Shown: piece by piece, positions 12,449-25,280 of the stretch | Position numbering within the stretch: position 1 is the stretch's first letter | How the letters are laid out: each line of letters starts with the position of its first letter | Assembly (NCBI GenBank): GCA_002633005.1 | Contig: NMRA01000426.1 | Span: forward strand, 330,506 to 394,505 | Direction: 5' to 3' | Origin: Phoronis australis | Taxonomy: Eukaryota; Animalia; Phoronida | DNA length: 64,000 nucleotides | Notes under the pieces: generated by a model | Told to the model about the DNA's origin: nothing | The model's database searches: none | The model's input: only the letters and a program-made list of their open reading frames with translations | Made by a program: the position numbers and the translations under genes

Positions 12449-13177
12449 TAGTCTATCTAACTGTATGTATGCGCCGTACTAATGGATAGTCTACCTAACT
12501 GTGTGTATGCACCGTACTAATGGATAGTCTATCTGACTGCTTGTATGTGCCGTACTAATGGATAGTCTAACTGTGTGTATGCACCGTACTAATGGATAGT
12601 CTATCTAACTGTGTGTATGCGCCGTACTAATGGATAGTCTAACTAACTGTGTGTATGCGCGTACTAATGGATAGTCTATCTAACTGTGTGTATGCACCGT
12701 ACTAATAGATAGACTATCTAACTGTGTGTATGCACCGTACTAATAGATAGTCTATCTAACTGTGTGTATGCACCGTACTAATGGATAGTCTATCTGACTG
12801 CATGTATGCGCCGTACTAATGGATAGTCTACATAACTGTATGCATGCACCGTACTAATGGATAGTCTATCTAACTGTATGTATGCACTGTACTAATGGAT
12901 AGTCTATCTAACTGCTTATATGCACCGTACTAATGGATAGTCTATCTAACTGTATGTATGCGCCATATTAATGGATAGTCTATCTAACTGTATGTATGCG
13001 CTGTACTAATGGATAGTCTATCTAACTGCTTGTATGCGCAGTAGTAATGGATAGTCTATATAACTGCATGTATGCACCGTACTAATGGATAGTCTATCTA
13101 ATTGTATGTATGCACCGTACTAATGGATAGTCTATCTAACTGTATGCATGCGCCGCAGGCTACTAATGGATAGTCCA
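12449..13177. repeat. 38-bp satellite array, at least 18 copies, running into the gap
   Basis: Unit GTACTAATGGATAGTCTATCTAACTGTGTGTATGCACC. Confidence 0.97.
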
Positions 13178-14217
13178 TCTAGCTGCCTAGAAGTTCCGCA
13201 AAGTGGCGACCATAGCGATGTTAGATTCGGCCTGGACGACAGTAGCGTCCTAACGTACGACGACAATCTTGTAGTGAAGCGATTGAATTTTAAACATGCG
13301 AAATGCTCGATTATTTTTGTCTCGACATTGATCCTATCCATTAGGATACCCACATTTTTAAAGGCTCAGCAAAATGAAACTACACTCTGCAGATGAGAAG
13401 GCACAAAATACTATCTATTTGATGACATCTTCAATGTTAAGTCACCTTTTACTCTAGGGTTTTCTGTTCTCATTACACATAGGTTTTTTTAATTTTAAGC
13501 TCTTCAAAATGTTGATTCATTCACTTAAAGAAGTTATAATGTAAAAATACATTCTTTTGTAGAGTTCTAGCTTGGGGATTCAATCAGAAAATGTGGAGAA
13601 TCTGGCAGTGAAAAGTCATTCATTTAAGGGACGCGTCCCGCATATGACACCTGTGTAAGTATTCCCGAAATTTGAGTTCTTAAAACGTGATGAGAAGTTA
13701 CGTCATCGCGGTTGCTTGTCAGACGACTTGTATGAAGAGTGAAATTGTAGTCTGTTGATGACTAGAGTCAGATGTATAAAGAGTGGACATGTCGTTTGCT
13801 GATGAAAACTTTAATCAAAGACCATACAACGTTTTCGAAATGAGAACGTAAAGAAGTTTGAATGAATAGCTATGCTGGTTATCAAAATGGAGACTTCATT
13901 CTTTACACATTCAGTTGTATGCATATAATGACTGTTTTAGGCTAGATTTTCACTGTGAGTAAAGTGACCTAAATTCAAGCTCAACCTAGGGCTCAGATTA
14001 TAGCTAATTTCCCCCCCCCCGCGCTTTAGGCTACCGCAGATGCGCTGGAACTTCAGTTGTTTGAGTTAAGTGAAAAAAAGAAAACCCAAATCACGTTCGG
14101 TGATCTCAAGTGATTTTTTGACAAATAGAACAACTAAAAACATGGTAGCAGCGCATCAATATTCAAAGCAAGGCCTGAGCCAACTATGCTGGATGACCTT
14201 GACCTTTATCGGCCACC

Positions 14218-14263
14218 TTTGTTCAACTATGCACATCTTAAAAGATGTGCATAGTTGAACAAA
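14218..14263. repeat. Perfect palindrome, 22-bp arms, AA loop
   Basis: TTTGTTCAACTATGCACATCTT-AA-AAGATGTGCATAGTTGAACAAA. Confidence 0.97.
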
Positions 14264-14959
14264 AATACACGAATGTTATTTCATACACTGGCATTTCAAT
14301 CATCGTTCTGAGCAATAGTTTCTGAAATACTTCGATTTATAATATGGGTGTATTTCCCTTTGCTTTTGTTTTTGTTTTCGCAAAAATCTTTGACCGTAGA
14401 CCCGATTTTTTAATAACGTGACTCTCGGCTACTTTTTACTCGCAAGTCCATTCTACACGGCACGAAATGCTGCGTAAGTTCTCCGTCATGATATCGAGAC
14501 ACAGCGTACTGTGGTAGTGGTCACTCCATACATGTAGGTTATAGGGTGTTCAAGGCGGATTTGGCTATTTTGGAAAGCGAGTTTTATACTCTATTTGAGA
14601 TCATTCGAAGTTTTTTTATTTCTAGGAAGACAACAAAACACTGAAAACATTTTTAAGTTTTCAAAATAACTATAGGTAGGCGTATGCGCTTAAAATTAAT
14701 CAAAATCATCCATGATCAAGCTATTTCTAGGAAAAGAATGCACAGCAAGACTGGAAGGCGATCAAGCTCGACTAGACTGGACAGGTTACTCTTCCACTGT
14801 GTTTCAGCTGTTCGTCCTATTTCTCCCACACACGTGCAGCAGATTTGCTTTCGCAGATTTTTCTACGCCAACTTTGATTGACACCACGGCCGACCTCCAT
14901 GGCTATTTTCCAGTCCACAACACATAGAGCCTCGATTTCAATTGCCTTTTTACAGTTAA

Positions 14960-16810
14960 TATATTTATTCCCTCAGAAATCAGATTACTAGTAAATCTGG
15001 CTGAGGTGGGTGCCTCCAGCTGCACATTCTTACAATACAAATAACAATACATCAAACAGAGCTAATAAGTATTTTGAGAAGGCATAAAATAAACATGAGA
15101 TCATTATAAAAGAAGTATAGAGGAAGAGAGGATGGGAAGAGAAGGACTTTCATACACTCATTCGCACATATTCACTGTTATTGAAATAATTTAATTTATC
15201 GTTACATTCACATAGACTTCACGTCAATGTTATTCCAGTAAGATGAATATGTTATTAAAAATACCGTCACTCGTATGAAAAGGATGCATTGTTTTAGTCA
15301 TACCATCACTCGTATGAAAAGGATGCATTGTTTTAGTCATACCATCACTCGTATGAAAAGGATGCATTGTTTTAGTCATTTTAAAGAGGTGCCTGCAAAA
15401 CTTTCCACTGCTCTACAGTTGTAGTCGAGGTTATCGTAGTTACAGTTTAATAGCGAATTAGCTGTAACTTTCAACGTCGGATATAGGCGATTTCAAATAA
15501 AATCACAAACACAAAGCAGTTTGTTTTAGTAACTTTTTTAAGGCTAGTTACTGAACAACTATCGAAGTATTGCCTGACATAAGTCTGTGTAGTTCTTTGT
15601 GTATGTTATTCGGGCTTCATTATCGCCGGTTATGCCACTTTAAGAGTTGATGGCAGTTGATTGCATCCACCATTCTGTACCACTATTTTACTCACAAAAC
15701 TCATTTGTGTTTCGAAAGGAAATTCAAAGAAGATAACGCCATCGCCAACATGAACCAATGCCTTGTACAGCTACATAACTTTGTTTCAACATGGGAGAGG
15801 CAATTTCAACGGAGCGTTACTTAGTAATGAATTATACACAGGCATAATCTTAATGTGAAATAAATGTATGAGAAAATAACTCCATGTGCTGCATAGTAAG
15901 ACTATGCCGCTGCATATTAAGACTATGCTGACAGTCGACGCATCATTTTGCGGCTTCAAAATTCACTTCAACAAGACAATCGCATTATTATGGAATTAAT
16001 ACTCTGGTCTAGACAAACTCCAGCCTACCGCGTGTTTCCAGCAAGCAATCCATTAATCTGAGAGGTTTCCTCATTCAAACAATGAATGCAGAGAGCAAGG
16101 AAAACGACGTCAAATCTCTAAAAATCGATAGCGATAGGCAAAGCAAACCACGGTTTAAACGTATAAGTTATGTTTTTTCAGTAGCTGTAAAACGATTTTG
16201 AAATACGATATTTGTGTTTTCGACACTTCTTAGGGGAAGTAATTATCTGTTACTAACAACAGATTTCAGAAATTGTTAGACCGGCGTTCGATTGACAAAA
16301 TATATAATGTCCTGTTACTTATTGTATGTGTTTATACGAGGTTCGCAAATGAGTTGTCAAAGTTTTAAATATGAAGCCATTTTGTGTCACGTTGCATTCT
16401 AGATGCAGCAGACACACCAATCTCATTTAAAAAACTGGTTTAAGTTACTAGACGAGATAACATAAAACGACATACATTACCTATAAAACGACATTTCGAG
16501 CTGCGGCAAAATGAATTCCCAGCAACCTGCAATATTATTCTAGTCTAGTTTTACCCGGGAATGTAGCATCCAACTTGAGAACTGAAGCAATAGCTTTCAT
16601 CTCCTCTCATATCATTACGAGCCGGGGTTACGAGCCGCGCTGCAACATCATTAAACGTCATCTAAAGAAACCATCATGTCGAGCAGTCGAAACCACACTA
16701 CTGAGTTCAAGCTTAACAACGAAATCCCCTTGTCACGTGCGGGTCGATTTACCGGTAACACGCGAGCGCGTGATCGTTAAAATGGGTTGCAACACAACTG
16801 CATTGAAACC
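14960..16810 (-). pseudogene. Ancient L2/Crack/CR1-clade LINE ORF2 relic
   Basis: Minus-strand fragments in the expected order: LQPILTITRSRVTGKS (endonuclease end), GVIFFEFPFETQMSFVSKIV, TYVRQYFDSCSV (like V-x-P-x-FDYCSxVW) and TTVEQWKVL, then AATAAA near 14965. Heavily disrupted. Confidence 0.5.
15262..15379. repeat. 39-bp tandem repeat, 3 copies
   Basis: Unit TACCATCACTCGTATGAAAAGGATGCATTGTTTTAGTCA. Confidence 0.95.
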
Positions 16811-18124
16811 TCCAACTATTCACAAGACCGTTTAATATTCCAATGGCTTGTTTGAAGAACATTAACTGTTCAGTGGAGAATCATTATTAACGGTTGTGAA
16901 CCAACATCTAGTCATGCATACGAAATGAGTCAAGATTTGTGCGCCAAGCTACTGAAATTTTCCATTTACACGCCGTTTATAACCATAATAACGCAATTTA
17001 CTTAATAACATTGCCGCAACAAGGGACACAAGGAGGTCGATGATCGAAATTAACGTAGCAATTAATTAATGGGACTCGTTGTTTAATAGAATACCGTTAA
17101 TAATTAACACCGTTGTAAATATGCAAAAAACTGGAAGCAATGTATTATATTATTTCTCCATATTCAAAAATCGGACACGACAAGAAATAAAAAACGCCGT
17201 CGGCATGCTGTTTTAAGGGATTCGCGGACATTTCTTCTTGACCCCCCTCCCCCCTTACGACATCATTTATCCGCCAGTGCTACGGTCTTACTAGCTTCAA
17301 ACTGCGCATGAATTTAAAAAGGTTGGTCATTGTCTGTAACGAACTACATCACTAAAATTTAGTGAAATAAACGCCACAAAACGTTTTGAATTTTGGGCTC
17401 ATTTGAGATAAGCAAGTATTAAATTTGTTAAGGATTTCCGATTTCGTCACAGTAGGAGCGCTAGTCATGGAGTGAGATGTTACTGAGTGCAGTGTTTTTA
17501 ACATATGAAAAAATCGATTGAATGCGCTCTCGAACAAACAGACGTCGCGTGGTTAGCAACGAAGTACTTGAGGATATTTTTGTATTTAGTAAAACATTCA
17601 AATATATACATAGGCGCAATACATGCAGGTTTGGTAGTAAGCCACTTAAGATTTTCAACTAAAAAGTGAACATGAAAAAATCCATTTACGTTATCCCTTG
17701 ATTCCATTTTGCATTCTCTCACTAGGCGGAGCTTTTGCAAGGATGTCTTCCAGTTAGCTAATCCGTAATTTATTACGCCTTCGACAGTGCATTATACCCA
17801 GCGACGTCGTTTTCATGAAAATTAATGTAACGTTTATCTTTCGTCTGCAGACTTTGTTTCGGCTAAACGAGAAAGCGAACGTGTTAGTCATCAATTATAA
17901 GTCGTGTTCCATCTTTTCGTTTCGGGTCCGCGTGCCTCCCGATCACAAGCAGCACTGATGGGTGAACACACCAAGCCTAGTGAAATCTGCAAGGTATTGT
18001 TTAGGTAATTTATTTATTCTCTAAAATAATTATTTGCTATTCCAGGGTCCTTAAGCAAGTGAGGGTGCTGGAAGCGTTTGCTCCAGAAAAAATCATGTAC
18101 AATAAGTATCATGCCTGTCGGCCA

Positions 18125-19430
18125 CAGTGACGGAACTACGGGGGGGGGGGTTCAGGGGGTTTAAACCCCCCTTGGCCCATGACCCAAAAATAAAAAAACG
18201 TCTCCAGCAAAACTAAAACGGCACCGCTAGCGTGTGTAACCCTCAAGTAAACCAACTTGGAAAATATTGAGGGGGGGGTTTACTCTGAAAATATAATTTT
18301 TTGCATTGTGAATTGCTGAGTCTTCGTGGCTCACCGGCAAAACGCGCGGAGATTAATTGTGCGTGCGCTTCCGTCGACACTTCTGAAGTAGCCAAGCATT
18401 TTAGATGGATCCACCGCTGAAAGAGCAGTTCTATACCTGATTTCTTTAGGTAACTATCATCTTTACTCTAAGATATGTTTTGATTTGATGAGGGGAAATA
18501 GTGTGGTGCCGCAACCCTCATATTCAGATATTCAGGCGAATTGACGTGCAACGTTTTTACCTCATCTGTCATGCCGTGTCATTTTATTACACTCCACACG
18601 TTTGTAACTGATGTATAGTAAAGTTGTCTTGCGCAATATCATACAGTGTACATGTACATGTGATATTTTTGAAAAAAAATCTTTTTCCGAAGAATTGCTA
18701 TTGTGGCGGGCGCCGTGGTCTGCTCGCAAGTCCGTTTGAAGATACACTCTAACAAGTTATGTCTATACAAGGAATGACCAAGGGGGCACTCACATTGACA
18801 AAGTGACCGCATTCGCGAACAGTGTACAGTACCAGAAATTGCAGGGAGGCTGTTCTTTCACAACAAAGTCTTGCGGGACTCGTGCGATGTTCAATAGGCC
18901 TCCAAAGGAGCCCTAGTTCCGAATTCAACACATACCGTCTTTCTACAAGCAATAAGCACACTGCAGTCTTCTATACTGGAAATTTCCGCAGAAAGGCCCA
19001 TCCGATGAAACGCTCATGCCCATGGGCACTTATTTGATATTAGTACTTCTGGTTTCAAGCGTTCAGACATTGTGACTTTTATTTCGAAAATTGCAAGAAA
19101 TGCAAATAGGTCCTGGGATACATCGTCAAGGTTTGGAGTAGTCCATGATGAACGGATCAAATTTAAATGCGCATGTAAGTCTTTTGAATGGACTTGGCAA
19201 CCTCAAGGGTCTTAGTGCCAACTGAGCTGCGAAACGAGATGCTGACATTGTAGAGGCTTACAAGCTCATTGCCACAGCAGTTGACGAAGTGCAAGCGTTG
19301 GGAACAAACATCGAAGATATCTGGGTAGAATGGTTTCAAGACGAGCAAACCAATGGATCCGGTATACAAATTTCCTCGGCAGTCTAGACAACAGAAGGAT
19401 AGGACTAACGTATGAGTAACCACTGGGGAT
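18125..19430 (+). mobile_element. Decayed hAT transposon (PRKRIR/THAP12-like transposase relic)
   Basis: Left terminus CAGTGACGGAACTACGGGGG. ~19190-19420 translates GLGNLKGLSAN*..DADIVEAYKLIATAVDEVQALGTNIEDIWVEWF then, after a frameshift, FPRQSRQQKDRTNV, like the hAT KGL..KLQ...DIV.AY and PR..GRQ.HR.NV blocks. Right TIR not found. Confidence 0.7.
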
Positions 19431-19932
19431 TAAAAATTTTAGAGAGAAGTTTTCAATTCAAAATTTTTTGCATAGTACACTTTAGGTCTCGCGACGGACC
19501 AGGCCAGCTTGATTTGTGTAGATGTTGAGTTTCAGTGTACTTCTGATCCCTCGGCAAACTAGTCTTGTGGTTTTTTTACCAAAGTGTGCTTTGTAAAACT
19601 ATTTATCTCAGACAGTACTGTTTGGTCCCTCGACAGATCGACTATTTTTATAGGGATAATAAGCACAGGTGTACTCTTGGTCTCGTGACGGCCCAGGTCA
19701 GCCTTTTTGTGTACTCTCAGTATACATCTGGTCCCTCTGCAAACTAGTCCAGTGTATCTTTTCACCACTGTGCACATGATGTTTTGGTTTCGTGAAACTA
19801 TTTTCAGATGATTTATTTCCTGATACATTTGACGTTTTTCAATTGTTGTCAACGTGATTCAGCTTAATAAAGTGATACTTAATTATTTATTGTCGCTTTT
19901 AATAATAGACTATGAGTTGAGAGCACCATATG

Positions 19933-20325
19933 CGAGTAGAACCACCCCTGATTGGATGTTTTGACGAGTAGAACCACTATCCCTGATAGGACGTCTTGAC
20001 GAGTAGAACCACTATCCTGCATGGATGTTTTGACGAGTAGAACCACTATCCCTGATTGGATGTTTTGACGAGTAGAACCACTATCCCTGATTGGATGTTT
20101 TGACGAGTACAACCACTACCCCCTGATTGGAGGTTTTGACGAGTAGAACCTTTACTCCTGATTGGGTGTTTTGACGAGTAGAACCACCACTGCTGATTGG
20201 ATGTTTTGACGAGTAGAATCACGACCCTTGATTGGATGTTTTGACGAGTAAATCCAATAGCTACCCCTGATTGGATGTTTTGACGCGTTGAACAACAACC
20301 CCTGATTGGATGTTTTGACGAGAAG
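19933..20325. repeat. ~35-bp minisatellite, about 11 copies
   Basis: Unit CCTGATTGGATGTTTTGACGAGTAGAACCACTATC. Confidence 0.95.
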
Positions 20326-20499
20326 AAAGAGCGTGCTCAGGAAAATCCAAATCTGCGGAAATACTGGTCGCATAGATGCCACAGAAAATAGACCATACGT
20401 CTAGCCACAAGTATGCAATTTGACACATTGCACCTACCCAATACCGTCAAAAATGAGAACACCGGAGCAAGCACTACTACGGTCCATGACAAATGTTTC

Positions 20500-21310
20500 T
20501 GTGGCCAGACAGACGGAAGAGTATTGTGACGTATTCACAAGCCTCAGTCGTCAATCACAGTCAGGTGAAGGTTCGACCGTCTCATCAAAGATAAAAATGG
20601 CTTGTCAGTGGTTCACAAACAACTATGACGTAAAACTTTGATCGAAAAACAGGGCGTGCCCACCACATGGTGAAAAAATCCTGTAGTCACAACAAAGCCA
20701 AACAACCCTGAAGCTTCTCGCTATCGTTCTGACATGAGGTCAGTCAAGGTCCTGTGACAGAGGTTCCGATCGTAGACAAAGTCAAGGCGAATTAAAACTT
20801 AGTAATTCACGAGTCTTTAGCGTTTTGGACACATATGATGAGCGACACAGCTTTGAACTATGGCACATATCATGGACGATACCATGGCTGGCTTTCAAAA
20901 TGTATTACAAATACGGGATGACTTCGTTGTTCTTGGTATGACCCATGAAGATCACGACACAGCACTGCGCGCTCTACTGCAATGTTTTCGTCAGAGTTCT
21001 GTTTGATGTTTAAGCGCACGAAGTGCATAGTTCTGCTTACCAGAAATTCAATTCTTTGAATGTGTTTTCTCCAAAGATGGTCTTAATCTCACACCAACCC
21101 CTGTCGAGGTTCTCCAGAAGGTATCTTCGTCTGCATCAGCGCCGGACGTGCAATCGTTACTAGAGGTGGCGTAGTAGGCCTACTCGTCACAGTTCATCCC
21201 CAACTTCTCTGAGCTGACGAACCTCTTCGTTATTTGACGCGCACCACGGTCAAAAGCGGAAGTGCACTAGCATCGAAGAACAGGCCCTTGAGCAGCTCAC
21301 AAGTGCGGTC
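20500..21310 (+). pseudogene. Ty3/Gypsy reverse transcriptase relic
   Basis: EEYCDVFTSL; HIMDDTMAGFQNVLQIRDDFVVLGMTHEDHDTALRALLQCF (IRDD at the YxDD position); LPEIQFFECVFSKDGL; YSSQFIPNFSELT. Stops and frameshifts; no LTRs recognised. Confidence 0.85.
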
Positions 21311-21922
21311 ATGGCGTTCCAGGGATTCTGTACACGGGCGTGGAAGAAATTCCTGCTGCTAAGGACTCTGTCGTGTCACTGGATCATTCTGTCATGGACA
21401 GAAGTGACCGTGAGATGACCAGACAAAGTGCTCTTGGGAATCCTTGATCTTTCTGGATAGAGATGACCAGACAAGCGAAGCAGGTGACTGAGGTTGCGCA
21501 CTTATGTGTGTACAGTATCCGTTGGTTCAAATTCCACGCAAAAAGATCAACAACAGAGGAATGAGGCCAAAATGGCTGTGCGTCTACGACCTCTCTCAGA
21601 GAGAATCCAATGACCATATATACGTAAGAGAGCTATATATACCCAAACGAATTTCAAATCAGGTTTTTTTGCGCAATTGTGCTCGATATATGTGGCCTGC
21701 GCATATCCGATGCAATTTAGGCATCGGACTACATGCATACTTTATAGACGAACCTCACCGTATCGAGAGAACGCCAAAATGTTCGTATATGGATTCACTT
21801 ACTCAGTCATCGTGTGAGCACTGCCATTGGATGGTACATTTCAATGCTCAGCGTTCCTTTTGTAATATTGAGTTACAACATTATGTAGACTTCTGTTAGT
21901 TTGAATCGGCAATCTGGAGAGC

Positions 21923-22031
21923 AAAACTTGAGATTAAACAATGAACCTTTTAAAAGATTCATTGTTTAATCTCAAGTTTTACTTTGCTTTCATGCTATAC
22001 TTAAAAGTATAGCATGAAAGCAAAGTAAAAC
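21923..22031. repeat. Two abutting long palindromes sharing 5 bp
   Basis: AAAACTTGAGATTAAACAATGAA-cCTTTTAAAAGa-TTCATTGTTTAATCTCAAGTTTT (21923-21980) and GTTTTACTTTGCTTTCATGCTATACTT-AA-AAGTATAGCATGAAAGCAAAGTAAAAC (21976-22031). Confidence 0.97.
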
Positions 22032-24182
22032 AACTGTGGCATATTTAATGTAATAATGAAAAACTTAATTCCGTGGCATACAACATTGCATATAGGCTTA
22101 ATAAATGAAGATCACAACGAAAACCTCATCCCCTGCAAAACATGACCACGCTGTCGCTGGACGTCAGTGAAGATTTTTCAGTAAGGCTGTCGTTTGTTTG
22201 TGTACATGTTTATCAGGTCGGTGAAGCCCCGTGAAATGTTAAACCTTGGAAGCGTGAGACGGCAAGTTTTGGATTAAGTTAATTTTGCAAGAAAGTGAAC
22301 CAGTTTCACGATATATGCTGTGATGGAGGTATTCTAATGAACCACCCGATGACGTCACGAGTCTAAACTCCGTCATAAATCGTGAACTCTCCAAACCCCC
22401 TCCTCCCTCGTGTGATGACGTAATAGGTATACGCCCACCAATTTGTGATGCATGGGTTGACTCTTGCAGACGCTCACGAGGAGCGGAGACGTTGTCATAC
22501 AAGGTGTACTGAGAGCAAGTGCAACCGACCGACCAGATGGCGTTTTTAGTCGCATAAAGTAAAAACCCAAAATACAGGACTAAGGTGTATTTAATTCGGG
22601 TACATTTAATCATCAGCTCTCTCCAGCCATTAGTATCAGGACTTGAGATAGTCCACAGTAATTTTGTTCTGCAATAAGGCGGTATACATTCCACTTATAA
22701 GACGAAAATTGAAAAATAATCTTAATCCACATTCAGACAACGCTTATATACAAAAACAATACAATACAAATATGACACCTTTTCCAGACTAAATTGTTCA
22801 TAAATACACCAGAGAGGGCTTTAAATAACAACCAAATGCAGCAGGGTACCGTGAACTACACATTTGATTCATACATTTGCAGCTATTCCAAGAGCTACAC
22901 ATAATGCAGTTAAAATTAAAATACTTTCCTTCCCACTATGGTATAATTACTCAGTAGTATCATATTTAAAGTAATAAACGAGTTATACAATGGAATGGCT
23001 ATCCAAGCTTGGCATTAACAAAATGTTCACACAAATACAAGCCTCATAACATTTCATTAAATAAAAATATAGTCATGAAAATACAACAGGGCACATTCAG
23101 TGAACAGGCTGCCCTGAAAGGCTGAACAGAAGACCTGCTTTGACACTACTAAAATGAGGAATTTTGAAAAACAACCACAACAAACTACAGGTACTTTATC
23201 ACATTACCATGGTGATAACACTAAAATTAAGAGCAGAAGATACAAAGAGAATCCGAACAAATGTTCACACACAGTAAGAAAAGAATGTGTAACTAAGTTT
23301 GTGAATCGTTTGTATTCTGTAGACAAAGACACCCTGTGACTCTTGATGTGTTGATGACATACATATAGTCTGTAAACTAGTACCACCACAGGCAATATGC
23401 TGACATACATATAGTCTGTAAACTAGTACCACCAGAGGCAATATGCCAGCCTCTTCAAATACTCAACCATTACATTCTACAGTACACTTTATGACCCAAA
23501 CAAAGGACTTAAGGTCAGTTTCCATAAGCACATTACCCATGTTATGTGATCCAAAATGCATTTAAATCACTTATTGTTATGCAAGACATTATCCATCTGT
23601 ACATGTAGACAAATTTCTATAAAACTGGAGAGTTTAACTCAGAAAAGGTACATATTTCCTGGAAGTAGGGCTGCCGAATTTGATTATTGGTTTTAAAATC
23701 CAACCGCTTGGGTCATGTGACCATGTCTTTTCAGTAAAACTTACAAAACCACATCAAGAACATGACCACCCCTTCAAGATTAAATCTCAAAAAAACTGTT
23801 ACACAGCTTTCTAAATCATCACTCCATTTGCCTTTTAAGAAACATTTTTTTCTCATAAAAATAATAAAAATCCAATTTTTGACATCCCCTCATACAAAGG
23901 TGGATCATTTTAAAAAAAAACTAATTGTTGAACAGGGTACAAAGTATTTGAATGTTTGATATGAATTGTTGAACAGTGTACAAAGTATTTGAATGTTTGA
24001 TATGAATCCTACCGGACATTTCTGAGGCATGATTGAAGTTCGCCAAATTTGGTCATTTTCCTGGAGCATTAAAATAACAGTTGTTTGCATTGTTGCAAAA
24101 ACATAAATGCACAATCCACTTTGAGTTTAATTTGAAATGGATTGTGTTGCCATTGAACAATTAAATGCCCACACTGGAGGCG

Positions 24183-24432
24183 GTGAGTGAAGGTCTACTG
24201 GACCTATGAGTGAAGGTTTACTGGACCTGTGAGTGAAGGTTTACTGGACCAGTGAGTAAAGGTTTACTGGACCTGTGAGTGAAGGTTTACTGGACCTGAG
24301 ATTGAAGGTTTACTGGACCTGTGAGTGAAAGTTTACTGGACCTGTGAGTGAAGGTCTACTAGACCTGCGAGTGAAGGTTTACTAGACCTGTGAGTGAAAG
24401 TTTACTGAACCTGTGAGTGAAAGTTTACCTGA
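24183..24432. repeat. 23-bp minisatellite, about 11 copies, in the presumed 3' UTR region
   Basis: Unit GTGAGTGAAGGTTTACTGGACCT. Confidence 0.95.
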
Positions 24433-24865
24433 GTCAGTTGGATTGTAACAAATGTGCCAAGTGAATACTCTAAATCGCATCATTTTATAGAAATGTGGAA
24501 CTGTGAAATACATCGGTTATCAAAATGGGTAAATGCATTGTGCTTCAATGACCTACTTATGGTAACGAGGCTGTATGAAACCTTAGTCACCTCTCAACAG
24601 AAACACTTCATTGTTAGGCTTTATAAATGCATCACTTCTCAAAAAATATTTCATCATAAGGCTTTGTGAATCTATCACTTCTCAACAAATATCTAATTAC
24701 AAGGCTTCGCCATTGATTCACTTCTCAATAGAAACATTTCATAACCAGGATTTGTTGTCATCCAAAACAATTTCACAGCATTAAATAATGTCATGCCTGC
24801 AACGGCAGACACAACAACGGGCAGTCCAAACAATGCATCAAGCCGTCACCAGGTGGCGTTAAAAA

Positions 24866-25280
24866 TTATGGGCCGCCATAATTCTGGTTTTCAATAGTGG
24901 TGAGCCCGTCCAGATGACCTGCGGTGGCACCATGTTCAATGTGCACCACGTCTGGCTTGTCTGTCTCATAGTACGCATGGTCCTCTGTGTCTGAGTGGTC
25001 ATGCATGTTCACGGTCAGCTGAGTCCGTGAGTTATCGTCCACTTCCTCATACAGTCCCGGAACATCGGTGTTCTTGGATGGCCGGCCATTGGTCAACAGG
25101 TTCTTCGCCTGATGTACATCCCCATGGTGATCATTCTTGTTGTACTTATCCTTTGACTTCTGGAACAACCCAAACCTACTCTTGCCAGAGACTGTCTCTA
25201 TTGGTTGAGTGGTCGGCCCATACACCTGGTCATTGTGCACAGCAGGTGGACGACGAGGCGTACCTTTACCCCTCTTGTGC
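24866..25280 (-). CDS. Coding exon 8 (terminal): cytoplasmic tail
   Basis: ccatatacAG acceptor; open frame HKRGKGTPRR...GLYEEV...HAYYET...ENQNYGGP*; phase matches the TM exon. Confidence 0.88.

Noticed and set aside
13799-13845. Hammerhead-like CTGATGA...GAAA
   Set aside because: Stem II does not close directly against GAAA, and I found no stems I/III or cleavage triplet.
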